A stretch of DNA of 31,061 bases from Geobacteraceae bacterium (GTDB lineage Bacteria; Desulfobacterota; Desulfuromonadia; Geobacterales; Geobacteraceae): the NCBI GenBank assembly GCA_035490915.1, contig DATJLB010000066.1:1-31061 (forward strand), in the 5' to 3' direction. This document shows, one piece after another, positions 16,090-26,255 of the stretch; positions within the stretch are counted from its first letter, which is position 1, and every line of letters begins with the position of its first letter. A program made the translations under genes and the position numbers. The notes under the pieces are model-generated. The model was not told the DNA's origin and searched no databases. It saw only the letters and a list, made by a program, of their open reading frames with translations.

Positions 16090-18864
16090 TTACTTCACTG
16101 CTTTCAGGCACTTCGGGCAGATGGTCGAATGCTCCGCGTCCTTGCCGATCTCCTCGTCGTAGCACCAGCACCGCTCGCACTTCTCCCCCGGGGCGGCGGT
16201 GACGCCGATGCTCAGCCCCGGCACCGTTTCGGCCGCATACGACTCTCCGGCAAGGCTTTCCACCAGTTCTACCTTCGAGACGATGAAGATGCTCTTCAGC
16301 TCGGCGTCATACTGCGCCAGGAAATCCCGCAGCTCCGGCGGGGCGGCGATGGCGACCGCAGCGTCGAGCGAATGCCCGATCACCTTCTTCACGCGCGCCT
16401 GCTCCAGCGCCTTGGAGACCTCCCCGCGCACGGTCATGATCCTCTCCCACCGCTCCACCAGGGTGTCGTCCTTCTGCTCCGGCATGAGGGGGGGGAATTC
16501 CGCGAGATGAACGCTCTCTTCGCCTCTCTGCGGCATGTAGCGCCACACCTCGTCGGCGGTGAACGAGAGGACCGGCGCCGTCAGCTTCACGAGCGCCTCC
16601 AGGATCCGGTACATGGCGGTCTGGGCGCTGCGCCGCTCCAGCGAGTCGGTCTTGCTGGTGTAAACCCGGTCCTTGAGGATGTCGAGGTAGAAGGCGCTCA
16701 TCTCCACCGTGCAGAAGGAGTTGACCGCGTGGTAGAGGACATGGAATTCGCAGGCGTCGTAGGCCTTCACCACCTTCTCCTTGAGGAGCTCCAGCTGGTG
16801 CATGGCCCAGCGGTCGATCTCCGGCATCTCCCGGTATGGGACGGCGTCGGTCGCCGGGTTAAAGTCGCTCACGTTCCCGAGGATGTAGCGGCAGGTGTTC
16901 CGGATCCGGCGGTACGCCTCGGAAAGCCGGGTGAGGATCTCCTGGGAGATGCGGATGTCGTCCCGGTAGTCCTGGGCCGCCACCCAGAGGCGGAGGATCT
17001 CGGCGCCGTACTTCTTGATCACCTCTTCCGGCGCCACAACGTTCCCGACCGACTTGCTCATCTTCCGGCCGGCCCCGTCCACCACGAAGCCGTGGGTGAG
17101 GACGTTCCGGTAGGGGGCGACGCCGCGCGTGCCGACCGAGGCGAGGAGCGAGGAATGGAACCAGCCGCGGTGCTGGTCGCTCCCCTCCAGGTACATGTCG
17201 GCCGGGGAGGAGAGCTCCGCGCGGTGCTCCAGCACGGCGGCGTGGGAGACCCCGGAGTCGAACCAGACGTCGAGGATGTCCATCTCCTTGTCGAAGTCCC
17301 CCTTGCCGCACGCAGGGCAGACGGTCCCCTCGGGGAGGAACCGCGCCGCGTCCCAGTCGTACCAGATGTCGGAACTGTGCTCTTTGAAGAGTTCCGCCAC
17401 GTGGGACATCACCGTGGCATCCGCCATGACCTCTCCGCAGCTTGTGCAGTAGAAGGCGGTGATCGGGACACCCCATGAGCGCTGGCGGGAGATGCACCAG
17501 TCGGGGCGGTTCTCGATCATGCCGAAGATCCGCTCCTTTCCCCATTTGGGGATCCACTGCACGTTGTTGATCTCGGCCAGCGCCTTTGCCCGCAGGTCGT
17601 TACTTTCCATGGAGATGAACCACTGCTCGGTTGCCCGGAAGATGATCGGCTTCTTGCACCGCCAGCAGTGAGGGTAGGAGTGGGAGATCTTCCCCTTGGC
17701 AACCAGCGCGCCGACCTCTTCGAGCTTCGCAATCACCGCGTCGTTGGCGTCGAAGACGAACTGGCCGCCGAAGAACTCGATGGTGTCGAAGAAACGACCG
17801 CGGTTGTCCACCGGGTTGTAGATGTCGAGGCCGTACTTCAGGCCGATCACGTAGTCGTCCTGGCCGTGCCCGGGGGCGGTGTGGACGCAGCCGGTCCCCG
17901 CCTCCAGGGTGACGTGCTCGCCGAGCAGGATGACGGAGTCCCGGTCGTAGAAGGGGTGACGGCAGAGTCGCTTCTCCAGGAGCGTCGACGGGAAGGTGGC
18001 GATGACCTCCCCGGTAACGCCGGTCGCCGTGCGGAAGGCGTCGGCAAGCCCCGCCGCGACGATCAGGACCTCGCCGTCCGTGGCGATGGCCACATAGTCG
18101 AGGTCGGGGTGGAGGGAGATGGCGAGGTTGGCCGGAATCGTCCAGGGGGTCGTGGTCCAGATGACCAGCGAAACCTTCTTCCCGGCCAGCTGCGGCAGGG
18201 CACCGGTGATGTCGTCCTTGAGCGGGAACTTGACGTAGATGGAGGGGGAGGTGTGGTCGGCGTACTCCACCTCCGCCTCGGCCAGCGCGGTGCCGCAGGA
18301 GGAGCACCAGTGGACCGGCTTCTTCCCCTTGTACAGCCCGCCGTTCGCCGCGAACTTCGCCAGCTCGGCGGCCGTGATCCCCTCGTACTCGTAGTTCATC
18401 GTGAGGTAGGGCGCGTCCCACTCCCCCAGGACGCCGAGGCGCTCGAACTCCTCCTTCTGGATCTGCACGAACTTTGCCGCGTACTCCCGGCACTGCTTGC
18501 GCATCTCCAGCTTGGAGATCTGGTGCTTCTTGGAGCCGAGGTTCTTCTCTACCTGAAGCTCGATCGGAAGGCCGTGGCAGTCCCACCCCGGCACGTAGGG
18601 GGCGCCGAAGCCGCTCATACGCTTGCTCTTCAGGATGATGTCCTTCAGGATCTTGTTCAGGGCGTGGCCGATGTGGATGTGGCCGTTGGCGTAGGGAGGG
18701 CCGTCGTGAAGGATGTAGCGCGGCTTCCCCTCACCCGCGGCGGTCAGCTTCGCGTACAGCCCGGACTTTTCCCACGCTGCCAGGATCTCCAGCTCCTTCT
18801 GGGTGAGGTTCGCCTTCATCGGGAAGTCGGTGACGGGGAGGTTCAGGGTCTCTTTGTAATCCAT
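16090..18864 (-). CDS. ileS: Isoleucine--tRNA ligase (bacterial type 1)
   Basis: HDGPPYANGHIHIGH, WTTTPWT, KMSKS, C-terminal CERCW...CPKC zinc finger; GGAGG 9 nt upstream of ATG 18864. Confidence 0.98.
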   Translation of the reverse strand: MDYKETLNLPVTDFPMKANLTQKELEILAAWEKSGLYAKLTAAGEGKPRYILHDGPPYANGHIHIGHALNKILKDIILKSKRMSGFGAPYVPGWDCHGLPIELQVEKNLGSKKHQISKLEMRKQCREYAAKFVQIQKEEFERLGVLGEWDAPYLTMNYEYEGITAAELAKFAANGGLYKGKKPVHWCSSCGTALAEAEVEYADHTSPSIYVKFPLKDDITGALPQLAGKKVSLVIWTTTPWTIPANLAISLHPDLDYVAIATDGEVLIVAAGLADAFRTATGVTGEVIATFPSTLLEKRLCRHPFYDRDSVILLGEHVTLEAGTGCVHTAPGHGQDDYVIGLKYGLDIYNPVDNRGRFFDTIEFFGGQFVFDANDAVIAKLEEVGALVAKGKISHSYPHCWRCKKPIIFRATEQWFISMESNDLRAKALAEINNVQWIPKWGKERIFGMIENRPDWCISRQRSWGVPITAFYCTSCGEVMADATVMSHVAELFKEHSSDIWYDWDAARFLPEGTVCPACGKGDFDKEMDILDVWFDSGVSHAAVLEHRAELSSPADMYLEGSDQHRGWFHSSLLASVGTRGVAPYRNVLTHGFVVDGAGRKMSKSVGNVVAPEEVIKKYGAEILRLWVAAQDYRDDIRISQEILTRLSEAYRRIRNTCRYILGNVSDFNPATDAVPYREMPEIDRWAMHQLELLKEKVVKAYDACEFHVLYHAVNSFCTVEMSAFYLDILKDRVYTSKTDSLERRSAQTAMYRILEALVKLTAPVLSFTADEVWRYMPQRGEESVHLAEFPPLMPEQKDDTLVERWERIMTVRGEVSKALEQARVKKVIGHSLDAAVAIAAPPELRDFLAQYDAELKSIFIVSKVELVESLAGESYAAETVPGLSIGVTAAPGEKCERCWCYDEEIGKDAEHSTICPKCLKAVK

Positions 18865-18912
18865 GGAAAACATCCTCCACAGTGAGGGGAAATGTGTGCG
18901 AATAAACGCTAT

Positions 18913-18941
18913 AAACTACTCAGTTAACAAGGAAAAGTCAA
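18913..18941 (-). promoter_or_regulatory. Candidate sigma70 promoter for ileS-lspA
   Basis: Minus strand TTGACT (18941-18936), 17 bp, TAGTTT (18918-18913). Confidence 0.55.
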
Positions 18942-18993
18942 GGACAAAGGGGCTGCGCCTTGACCTGACGAAAAAATCGCAGTCAGATTGGAT

Positions 18994-19028
18994 AAAAAAA
19001 GAGCGGACTCGATGTCCGCTCTTTTTTT
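18994..19028 (-). terminator. Rho-independent terminator of groES-groEL (symmetric)
   Basis: A7-GAGCGGAC-TCGAT-GTCCGCTC-T7, a perfect 15-bp inverted repeat. Confidence 0.9.
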
Positions 19029-19045
19029 GTTGTAGCCAACGGTGC

Positions 19046-19166
19046 AGGAACGAGGCATTTTTCGTCCTGGCAAGGCTGTCGAGGGCGACCGCGGAGGCGT
19101 AGCAGCGCTACGCCGCACAAGGGAGGCCGAAGACTTACGCAGCAAGGGCGGAAAAGGACCGTTCCC
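19046..19166. repeat. Palindromic repeat family copy 1 (groEL 3' UTR)
   Basis: GCAAGGC at 19070; core GAGGCGTAGCAGCGCTACGCCG (19094-19115); outer arms GGAACG..TTTTCG / CGGAAAA..CGTTCC. Confidence 0.75.
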
Positions 19167-19174
19167 CAGGCGAC

Positions 19175-20987
<1,813 letters not shown>

Positions 20988-20990
20988 TAT

Positions 20991-21278
20991 CTATTCCATG
21001 ACGCCGAGGATGTCGTCTTCCCTCATGATCAGATACTCTTCCCCTTCGATCTTGATTTCGGTGCCGGCGTACTTGCCGAACAGCACCTTGTCGCCCGCCT
21101 TGACGTCCAGCGGGATGACCTTGCCGTCATCGGTCTTCTTGCCGTTGCCGACCGCAATGACTTCCCCCTTCTGGGGCTTTTCCTTGGCGGTCTCCGGGAT
21201 GAAGATCCCGCCGGCGGTCTTGGTTTCTTCCTCCATCCTCTTCACGATGATACGGTCCTGCATCGGTCTCAGTTTCAT
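20991..21278 (-). CDS. groS: Co-chaperonin GroES (95 aa)
   Basis: [12 protein letters not shown]...[26 protein letters not shown]...[15 protein letters not shown]. Confidence 0.99.
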   Translation of the reverse strand: MKLRPMQDRIIVKRMEEETKTAGGIFIPETAKEKPQKGEVIAVGNGKKTDDGKVIPLDVKAGDKVLFGKYAGTEIKIEGEEYLIMREDDILGVME

Positions 21279-21368
21279 TCCTGCTTCTCCTTTCCTGTGA
21301 TGAAATGGGTGACGGCCGGGACTTCCGCGGCACCGTCCGTTCGGTAACTCTTTTCGGTCCAAAAAATA

Positions 21369-21395
21369 TTAGCACTCGATACTGCTGAGTGCTAA
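21369..21395. promoter_or_regulatory. CIRCE element (HrcA operator) upstream of groES
   Basis: Exact consensus TTAGCACTC-N9-GAGTGCTAA. Confidence 0.95.
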
Positions 21396-21471
21396 CGATG
21401 GATACTATATAAACACGTCGCCGGGAAAAATCAAGCCTTATCGCGAAAAAAAATTCATCGCCCCTTTTCCG

Positions 21472-21744
21472 TCACCATTTCCGCCGGGCCTGCTCTTCCC
21501 GGTAGAACTTCTGGTAGAGGATCTCCCATTCCCTGCTCCCCGGCACCTTGGCCTGGGAGTAGGACGCGAGCTTTCGCCTCACCGCCTCGTCGATCTCTAC
21601 CGCCACGGCGAAGAAGGAGGCGATGGAGTCCTTGACGGCGTTGAGTGCCCGGGGCTCGTCGGGGAAGTCCGCCAGGTCGTCCCGCCAGAGCTTCTCGACT
21701 ATTGTGTGAGCGATATGGGATACACGGTCTTCGGAGATGTGCAT
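21472..21744 (-). CDS. DUF507-like protein (90 aa)
   Basis: MHISEDRVSHIA...EIDEAVRRKLASY...PGSREWEILYQKFYREE, recalled as DUF507. Confidence 0.75.
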   Translation of the reverse strand: MHISEDRVSHIAHTIVEKLWRDDLADFPDEPRALNAVKDSIASFFAVAVEIDEAVRRKLASYSQAKVPGSREWEILYQKFYREEQARRKW

Positions 21745-21763
21745 GGTTACCTCGTGCCTGTTG

Positions 21764-22048
21764 TTAAAGTACGATCTTCCGGTCCCGGGCCAGCTTTTCC
21801 TTGATCATCCGGAGCATCTTGTGCCGGTCGATCCCCGTCCCGCCACCCATGGACCGGAGGGACTCCTCCAGGAGCCTCTCGGCGTCCCGCTCCAGTGCCT
21901 CTTCCGCCTTGATGTCGGCGGCGATGACGGTCTTGACGGCGGCGAGGAGGACACCCCGCTCCTTTTTCAGGGTGATCAGGCCGGCCTTCGTCAGGTCCTC
22001 CAGGACGTGTTCCGCCAGCCTTGCGATCTGTTCTTCCTTGAGTCGCAT
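21764..22048 (-). CDS. DUF507-like protein (94 aa)
   Basis: MRLKEEQIARLAEHV...IDRHKMLRMIKEKLARDRKIVL; tandem with the previous gene; SD GGAGGGAAG. Confidence 0.75.
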   Translation of the reverse strand: MRLKEEQIARLAEHVLEDLTKAGLITLKKERGVLLAAVKTVIAADIKAEEALERDAERLLEESLRSMGGGTGIDRHKMLRMIKEKLARDRKIVL

Positions 22049-22093
22049 GCTTCCCTCCTCCGCACCGTGATGTCACAGGTGTCTGCAACGGCC

Positions 22094-22181
22094 ATTGTAC
22101 GGCTTCCCGGCAAAAATGCAAGGCATTACCGCGTATCTCTGTACGGTTGTTGTTGACCAGCCCCACGTGGCTTGCTATCTT
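22094..22181. promoter_or_regulatory. Divergent sigma70 promoter pair (DUF507 pair / aroF)
   Basis: Minus: TTGCAT (22121-22116)-N16-TACAAT (22099-22094). Plus: TTGACC (22153-22158)-N17-TATCTT (22176-22181) with an extended TGn. Confidence 0.55.
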
Positions 22182-22227
22182 TACGGGGTCTTAGGGGGGT
22201 ACAATCCGGCGGGAGCGGAGGGGAGTC

Positions 22228-23253
22228 GTGCTTATTGTCATGCATCACAAGGCGGGAAAGAAGCAGATCGACGCGGTTATCCAGGCGGTGGAGAAGATGG
22301 GGCTCACCGCCGCACCGATCCCGGGGAGCGAGCGGACCGCCATCGGCGTCCTGGGGAACAAGGGGTACGTTGACGATTCCACCATCCGTGACCTGCCGGG
22401 GGTCCAGGAGGTGATCCATGTCTCCAAGCCGTACAAGCTGGTTTCCCGCGATTTTCACCCGCGTCCGACACTGGTGAAGGTGGGGAAGGTGGTTATCGGC
22501 GAGGGGGAGCGGCCCGTGATGGTGGCCGGGCCTTGCGCCGTGGAGAGCGAGGAGCAGATCCTGAAGACCGCCCGGGCGGTGAAGAAGGCGGGTGCCGACC
22601 TCCTGCGGGGCGGGGCGTTCAAGCCGCGCACCGGTCCCCATACCTTCCAGGGGTTGCGGGACGAGGGGTTGAAGCTCCTCGCCCTAGCCGGGAAGGAGAC
22701 GGGACTCCCCATCGTGACCGAGGTGATGAGCCCGGACAACGTGGGGCTCGTGGCCGAATACGCGGATCTCCTGCAGATAGGCGCCCGGAACATGCAGAAT
22801 TTCGACCTCCTGCGGGAGGTGGGGCGGATAGGCAAGCCGGTGCTCCTGAAGCGGGGGATGAGCGCCACCATCGAGGAGTTCCTCGCGGCGGCCGAGTACA
22901 TCCTGGCCGAGGGGAACAGCCAGGTGATCCTCTGCGAACGGGGGATCCGCACCTTTGAGACCGCCACCCGCAACACCCTCGATCTCTCGGTGGTGCCGCT
23001 GATCAAGGAGATGTCCCACCTCCCGGTGATGGTCGATCCGTCCCATGCGACCGGAAGAAGGAGCCTGGTTGCCCCGATGGCGAAGGCCGCGCTGGTGGCA
23101 GGTGCCCACGGTATCCTGGTGGAGGTTCATCCCGAGCCGGAAAAGGCGCTCTCCGACGGGCCGCAATCGCTTACGTTCCAAGGGTTCGACCAGCTGATGG
23201 AGGAGGTCGGGAGGCTGACGACGTTTCTCGGGTACTCGCAAAAAGTATCTTGA
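22228..23253 (+). CDS. aroF: 3-deoxy-7-phosphoheptulonate (DAHP) synthase, class I-beta with N-terminal regulatory domain
   Basis: VMVAGPCAVES, RGGAFKPRT, QIGARNMQNF, KPVLLKRG, ILCERGIR, DPSHATG motifs. Confidence 0.95.
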   Translation: MLIVMHHKAGKKQIDAVIQAVEKMGLTAAPIPGSERTAIGVLGNKGYVDDSTIRDLPGVQEVIHVSKPYKLVSRDFHPRPTLVKVGKVVIGEGERPVMVAGPCAVESEEQILKTARAVKKAGADLLRGGAFKPRTGPHTFQGLRDEGLKLLALAGKETGLPIVTEVMSPDNVGLVAEYADLLQIGARNMQNFDLLREVGRIGKPVLLKRGMSATIEEFLAAAEYILAEGNSQVILCERGIRTFETATRNTLDLSVVPLIKEMSHLPVMVDPSHATGRRSLVAPMAKAALVAGAHGILVEVHPEPEKALSDGPQSLTFQGFDQLMEEVGRLTTFLGYSQKVS

Positions 23254-23278
23254 TTTCCTGTCGCTGCGGAGGTACACT
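23250..23278 (+). promoter_or_regulatory. sigma70 promoter for the 6S RNA; -35 overlaps the aroF stop codon
   Basis: TTGATT (23250-23255), 17 bp, TACACT (23273-23278). Confidence 0.65.
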
Positions 23279-23295
23279 GGATTCACTTCAATGGT

Positions 23296-23475
23296 TTCTC
23301 TCTACCGTGTTCGTGAGGTTGTATAGCCCAGGCGGAATACTCATGAATACCGGGAGCCTTGCAGTCCGTGGTGCGCTGCCCCATTGCGCGGGAATTGCCT
23401 AAAGCGGCACTCAGGGAGCCCACAACTTAGGGAACTCGCTCGGAGGCCCTGAAACCAACGGCATAGTGGAGAGGG
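23296..23475 (+). ncRNA. ssrS: 6S RNA (about 180 nt, ends approximate)
   Basis: Closing stem TTCTCTCTACCGTGTTCGT / ACGGCATAGTGGAGAGGG carries the TGTTCG...CGGCA signature also present in E. coli 6S; A-rich central bubble (AATACTCATGAATAC opposite ACAACTTAGGGAA); inner stem GGGAGCCTTGCAGTCCG / CGGCACTCAGGGAGCCC; own promoter and terminator. Confidence 0.85.
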
Positions 23476-23483
23476 TAAGAAAT

Positions 23484-23510
23484 GGGGGGCAGGAAACTGC
23501 CCCCTTTTTC
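23484..23510 (+). terminator. Rho-independent terminator after the 6S RNA
   Basis: GGGGGCAG-GAAA-CTGCCCCC-TTTTT. Confidence 0.85.
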
Positions 23511-23533
23511 TATTTATGTGCGTGGGGATGAGT

Positions 23534-24754
23534 CTAGAGTTTTTCGGACAAGTCCCGAAGAATGGCGGTAAAGAGCGGCTTGTGATCGGTCATGGAAGCA
23601 GAGAGCGCCATCTCGACCTCCGTCATCGTCCCGTTGATGTTTCTCACCCGCTGCCGGCTCGTCTCCCCGACTCCTCCCCCCGTGCCGTCCCGCATGAACG
23701 CCTCGATCCCATTTTTGAGGGCTTCCCCTTTTTCCAGGAACGAGAAGAGGTTTTCCCCGAGCAGCGCCTGCCGGGAAAGGCCGAGGAGTTCCTCCGCCTT
23801 TTGATTGGAGATGACGATCTTTCCGTCTTCCATGAACGTGACGACAGCCGAACGCGCCATTTCAATGAACTTGCGGTAACGCTCTTCCGATTCCCTGCTC
23901 TGCAACGTTTTATGCTCAAGTTCGGTCATCATGTCGTTGAAGGCCCTGATGAGCTGCCCTATTTCATCGTTGGTACGCTGGGGAATCCGTTCCGCGAAGC
24001 TCCCCGTGCGTGCCACGCGGCCGATCGTCGCCGAGAGGAGCTTGACCGGATCGATGATCGTCCAGCGGATCAGGGCCCCCATCATCAGGATGATCACCAG
24101 AAAAATGGCACCACGGGACGCGATGTCCAGTTTCAGGTTGGCGCCGATCTCGCGGTACAGGTCGTCCATCGGGATCGTTACGGAGACGGCGCCGATCACC
24201 TCCCCCAGCTTGTAATCGTAGGAATAGTGGCCGCGCGGGAAGCGGAGCCGGACGAAGAGCGGCGCCTTGTCGAAATCGCCGTGGCATTCGAGGCAGGATT
24301 TCTCCGCGAACATCGGCAGCATGTAGCGAAAGGCTTCCTCACCCTTCACGTTGACGATGCTGTATGATTCCTTGACCGCCTTTTCGGCGAACGCCTTCAG
24401 CTGGGTAGTTTCGTAGCTGTCGGGACGGTTGTTGGGGTTGCGGTAGCGGAGCGAAACCTGGCGGACATAGTATTTGCTGTCCTTCGTGAGCCGCTTGGCG
24501 ACTTGGGTGGCAACCACCTGGGGGACCAGGTTGTAGTTGTTGTCCGGCTCACCCTTGACGACGCTCGACATGTAGTCCCGGGTTTCGATGATCACCTTGG
24601 CGAAGTTGCGGGCGTTGTCGATCGCGGTTTTCAGAAGCAGTGACTGCTCGCGATGGTAGGTCATGTAGGCGGCGACGAGGAACAGGGTGATAAGCAGGAG
24701 CGACATTATGAGATTGAACTTGGCTCCGATCCTCAGATTGGCGAACCAGGACAT
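23534..24754 (-). CDS. Membrane sensor: periplasmic heme-c (DUF3365/Tll0287-like) domain + HAMP + PAS, no transmitter domain
   Basis: TM1; periplasmic domain with RQVSLRYRNPNNRPD and CLECH; TM2; HAMP (NDEIGQLIRAFNDM); PAS/PAC ending ILRDLSEKL-stop. Candidate own promoter TTGCGC-N16-TATACT at 24814-24787. Confidence 0.85.
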   Translation of the reverse strand: MSWFANLRIGAKFNLIMSLLLITLFLVAAYMTYHREQSLLLKTAIDNARNFAKVIIETRDYMSSVVKGEPDNNYNLVPQVVATQVAKRLTKDSKYYVRQVSLRYRNPNNRPDSYETTQLKAFAEKAVKESYSIVNVKGEEAFRYMLPMFAEKSCLECHGDFDKAPLFVRLRFPRGHYSYDYKLGEVIGAVSVTIPMDDLYREIGANLKLDIASRGAIFLVIILMMGALIRWTIIDPVKLLSATIGRVARTGSFAERIPQRTNDEIGQLIRAFNDMMTELEHKTLQSRESEERYRKFIEMARSAVVTFMEDGKIVISNQKAEELLGLSRQALLGENLFSFLEKGEALKNGIEAFMRDGTGGGVGETSRQRVRNINGTMTEVEMALSASMTDHKPLFTAILRDLSEKL

Positions 24755-24832
24755 GCAACCCCCCGTTTGAGCGGATGAATAGATACAGTATATCCGCAGA
24801 GCCGGGAAGCGCAAGCGCAAAAGGGCGCTATC

Positions 24833-24976
24833 TGAGGCTTTTGCAAAACGTAGCGAGGAGGCCGGGGATGCTAGGCGCAAGCGAGGGAGGGGGCGAGGCG
24901 TAGCAGGGCTACGTTGAGCTCCCGAGCGAGCGGCAACACCGCAGACCGGCCCCGCAGTAGTTTTGCAAGAGCCTCA
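24833..24976. repeat. Palindromic repeat family copy 3 (cytochrome-sensor spacer)
   Basis: Outer IR TGAGGCTTTTGCAAAAC / GTTTTGCAAGAGCCTCA (16/17); GCTAGGC at 24870; core GAGGCGTAGCAGGGCTACGTTG (24895-24916); GCAACACCGCAG. Confidence 0.8.
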
Positions 24977-24978
24977 CC

Positions 24979-25239
24979 TCATTCCTTGTGGCATTCGACG
25001 CAGAGAGGGTCCGAAACCCGCCGTTTCCGGAGCGATTCCGGGTCCTTTGGCTGCCCTTTCCCCATCAGCTTTTCACCCACCCTGTGGCAGTCGAAACAGC
25101 CACGCCCCTGGACGGCTTTGTGCATCCTGACCATCGCGGGGTTCTTGCTGTGGCAGACTGTGCATTCATAAGCATGCGCAATGCCGTGCGCGACAAGAAC
25201 CGCGCCGACAAGGAGAAGGGCTGTTATCTTTCTTTGCAT
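24979..25239 (-). CDS. Small periplasmic triheme cytochrome c (86 aa precursor)
   Basis: Signal peptide ending AHA; three CXXCH motifs (CTVCH, CFDCH, CVECH); GGAGG SD. Confidence 0.9.
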   Translation of the reverse strand: MQRKITALLLVGAVLVAHGIAHAYECTVCHSKNPAMVRMHKAVQGRGCFDCHRVGEKLMGKGQPKDPESLRKRRVSDPLCVECHKE

Positions 25240-25297
25240 CGTGGATACCTCCGGGGAGTCGATAGTTCCCTTGTAGCAGAAATCGGGGACAGACGAT

Positions 25298-25311
25298 TTG
25301 ACCGAAATCAA
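25298..25311 (-). promoter_or_regulatory. FNR/CRP-family-type binding site upstream of the cytochrome
   Basis: TTGACCGAAATCAA, 9/10 match to TTGAT-N4-ATCAA; centred at -41.5 relative to a start inferred from TGC-TACAAG (25278-25270). Confidence 0.55.
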
Positions 25312-25481
25312 GAAGTCACGATTATCCAGTTTTGCGGCGTGTTTAGGTCGGAGAGAAAAATCCCTTCCCAAAATCGATGATTTATGCTAAATATCTGACC
25401 CTTCGCCTCTTCAGGGAGGCCAGTCCCGCCGCACCACCAGTCGATCCTCTGTTAATTAAAGCGGAACGCTACGACGAGAAC

Positions 25482-26255
25482 ATGGCCAAAATACTGTGCA
25501 TAGCCAATCAGAAGGGGGGCGTCGGTAAGACCACGACAGCGGTGAACCTTGCCGCGTCGCTTGCCGTTGCGGAACGGAAGACCCTCCTGGTGGACATGGA
25601 CCCGCAGGGGAACGCGAGCAGCGGCACGGGGATCGACAAGGAAAGCCTCAAGGGGAGCGTCTACGATGCGCTGATTAACGACGTGGACCCCGCCCAACTC
25701 CTGGTGCCGACCTGTGTCCCCCACCTCGACCTCCTGCCGGCCACGGACGACCTGGCGGGCGCGGAGCTTGAGCTCGTGAGTGTCTTTGATCGGGAGCGGC
25801 AGCTAAAGCTTGCGCTGGCGGGAATTGCCGGGAATTACGACTACATCCTCATCGACTCCCCCCCGTCGCTCGGGCTCTTGACCGTCAATGCCATGACCGC
25901 CGCCGATGCGGTCCTGATCCCGCTCCAGTGCGAATTCTATGCCATGGAGGGACTCTCCAAGATCCTAAAGACTATCAGGCTTGTCAAGAAGAGCCTGAAC
26001 CCCACCCTCGCCATGGAAGGGATCCTCCTCACCATGTTCGATGCCCGGAACAAGCTCTCCTTTCAGGTGAGCGAGGACATCAGGGGGCACTTCAAGGGGG
26101 AGACCTTCCAGACCGTCATCCCCCGGAATGTCCGGTTATCCGAAGCACCGAGCCACGGCAAACCGGTCATTCTGTATGACATTACCTCCCGCGGCGCCAC
26201 CAGCTACCTGGAGCTGGCCAAAGAAATAATACGGAGGGAAGCGAACCATGGTTAA
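25482..26255 (+). CDS. parA: Chromosome partitioning ATPase ParA/Soj
   Basis: ANQKGGVGKTTT deviant Walker A, DMDPQGNAS, DSPPSLG, IPRNVRLSEAPSHG. Confidence 0.97.
   Translation: MAKILCIANQKGGVGKTTTAVNLAASLAVAERKTLLVDMDPQGNASSGTGIDKESLKGSVYDALINDVDPAQLLVPTCVPHLDLLPATDDLAGAELELVSVFDRERQLKLALAGIAGNYDYILIDSPPSLGLLTVNAMTAADAVLIPLQCEFYAMEGLSKILKTIRLVKKSLNPTLAMEGILLTMFDARNKLSFQVSEDIRGHFKGETFQTVIPRNVRLSEAPSHGKPVILYDITSRGATSYLELAKEIIRREANHG

Noticed and set aside
16129-18885. Long plus-strand ORFs (449 and 405 aa) opposite ileS
   Set aside because: Antisense shadows of a strongly codon-biased gene.
18874-18990. T-box riboswitch ahead of ileS
   Set aside because: Candidate promoter lies only about 45 nt from the ATG; no T-box sequence or specifier stem seen.
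22067-22076. GTGATGTCAC palindrome (CRP-like halves)
   Set aside because: Half-sites 2 bp apart rather than 6; too short to support.
25320-25350. Minus-strand CGCCGCAAAAC resembling a c-di-GMP-I/cGAMP riboswitch junction
   Set aside because: No upstream GGCAAACC/GNRA hairpin or tetraloop-receptor stem.
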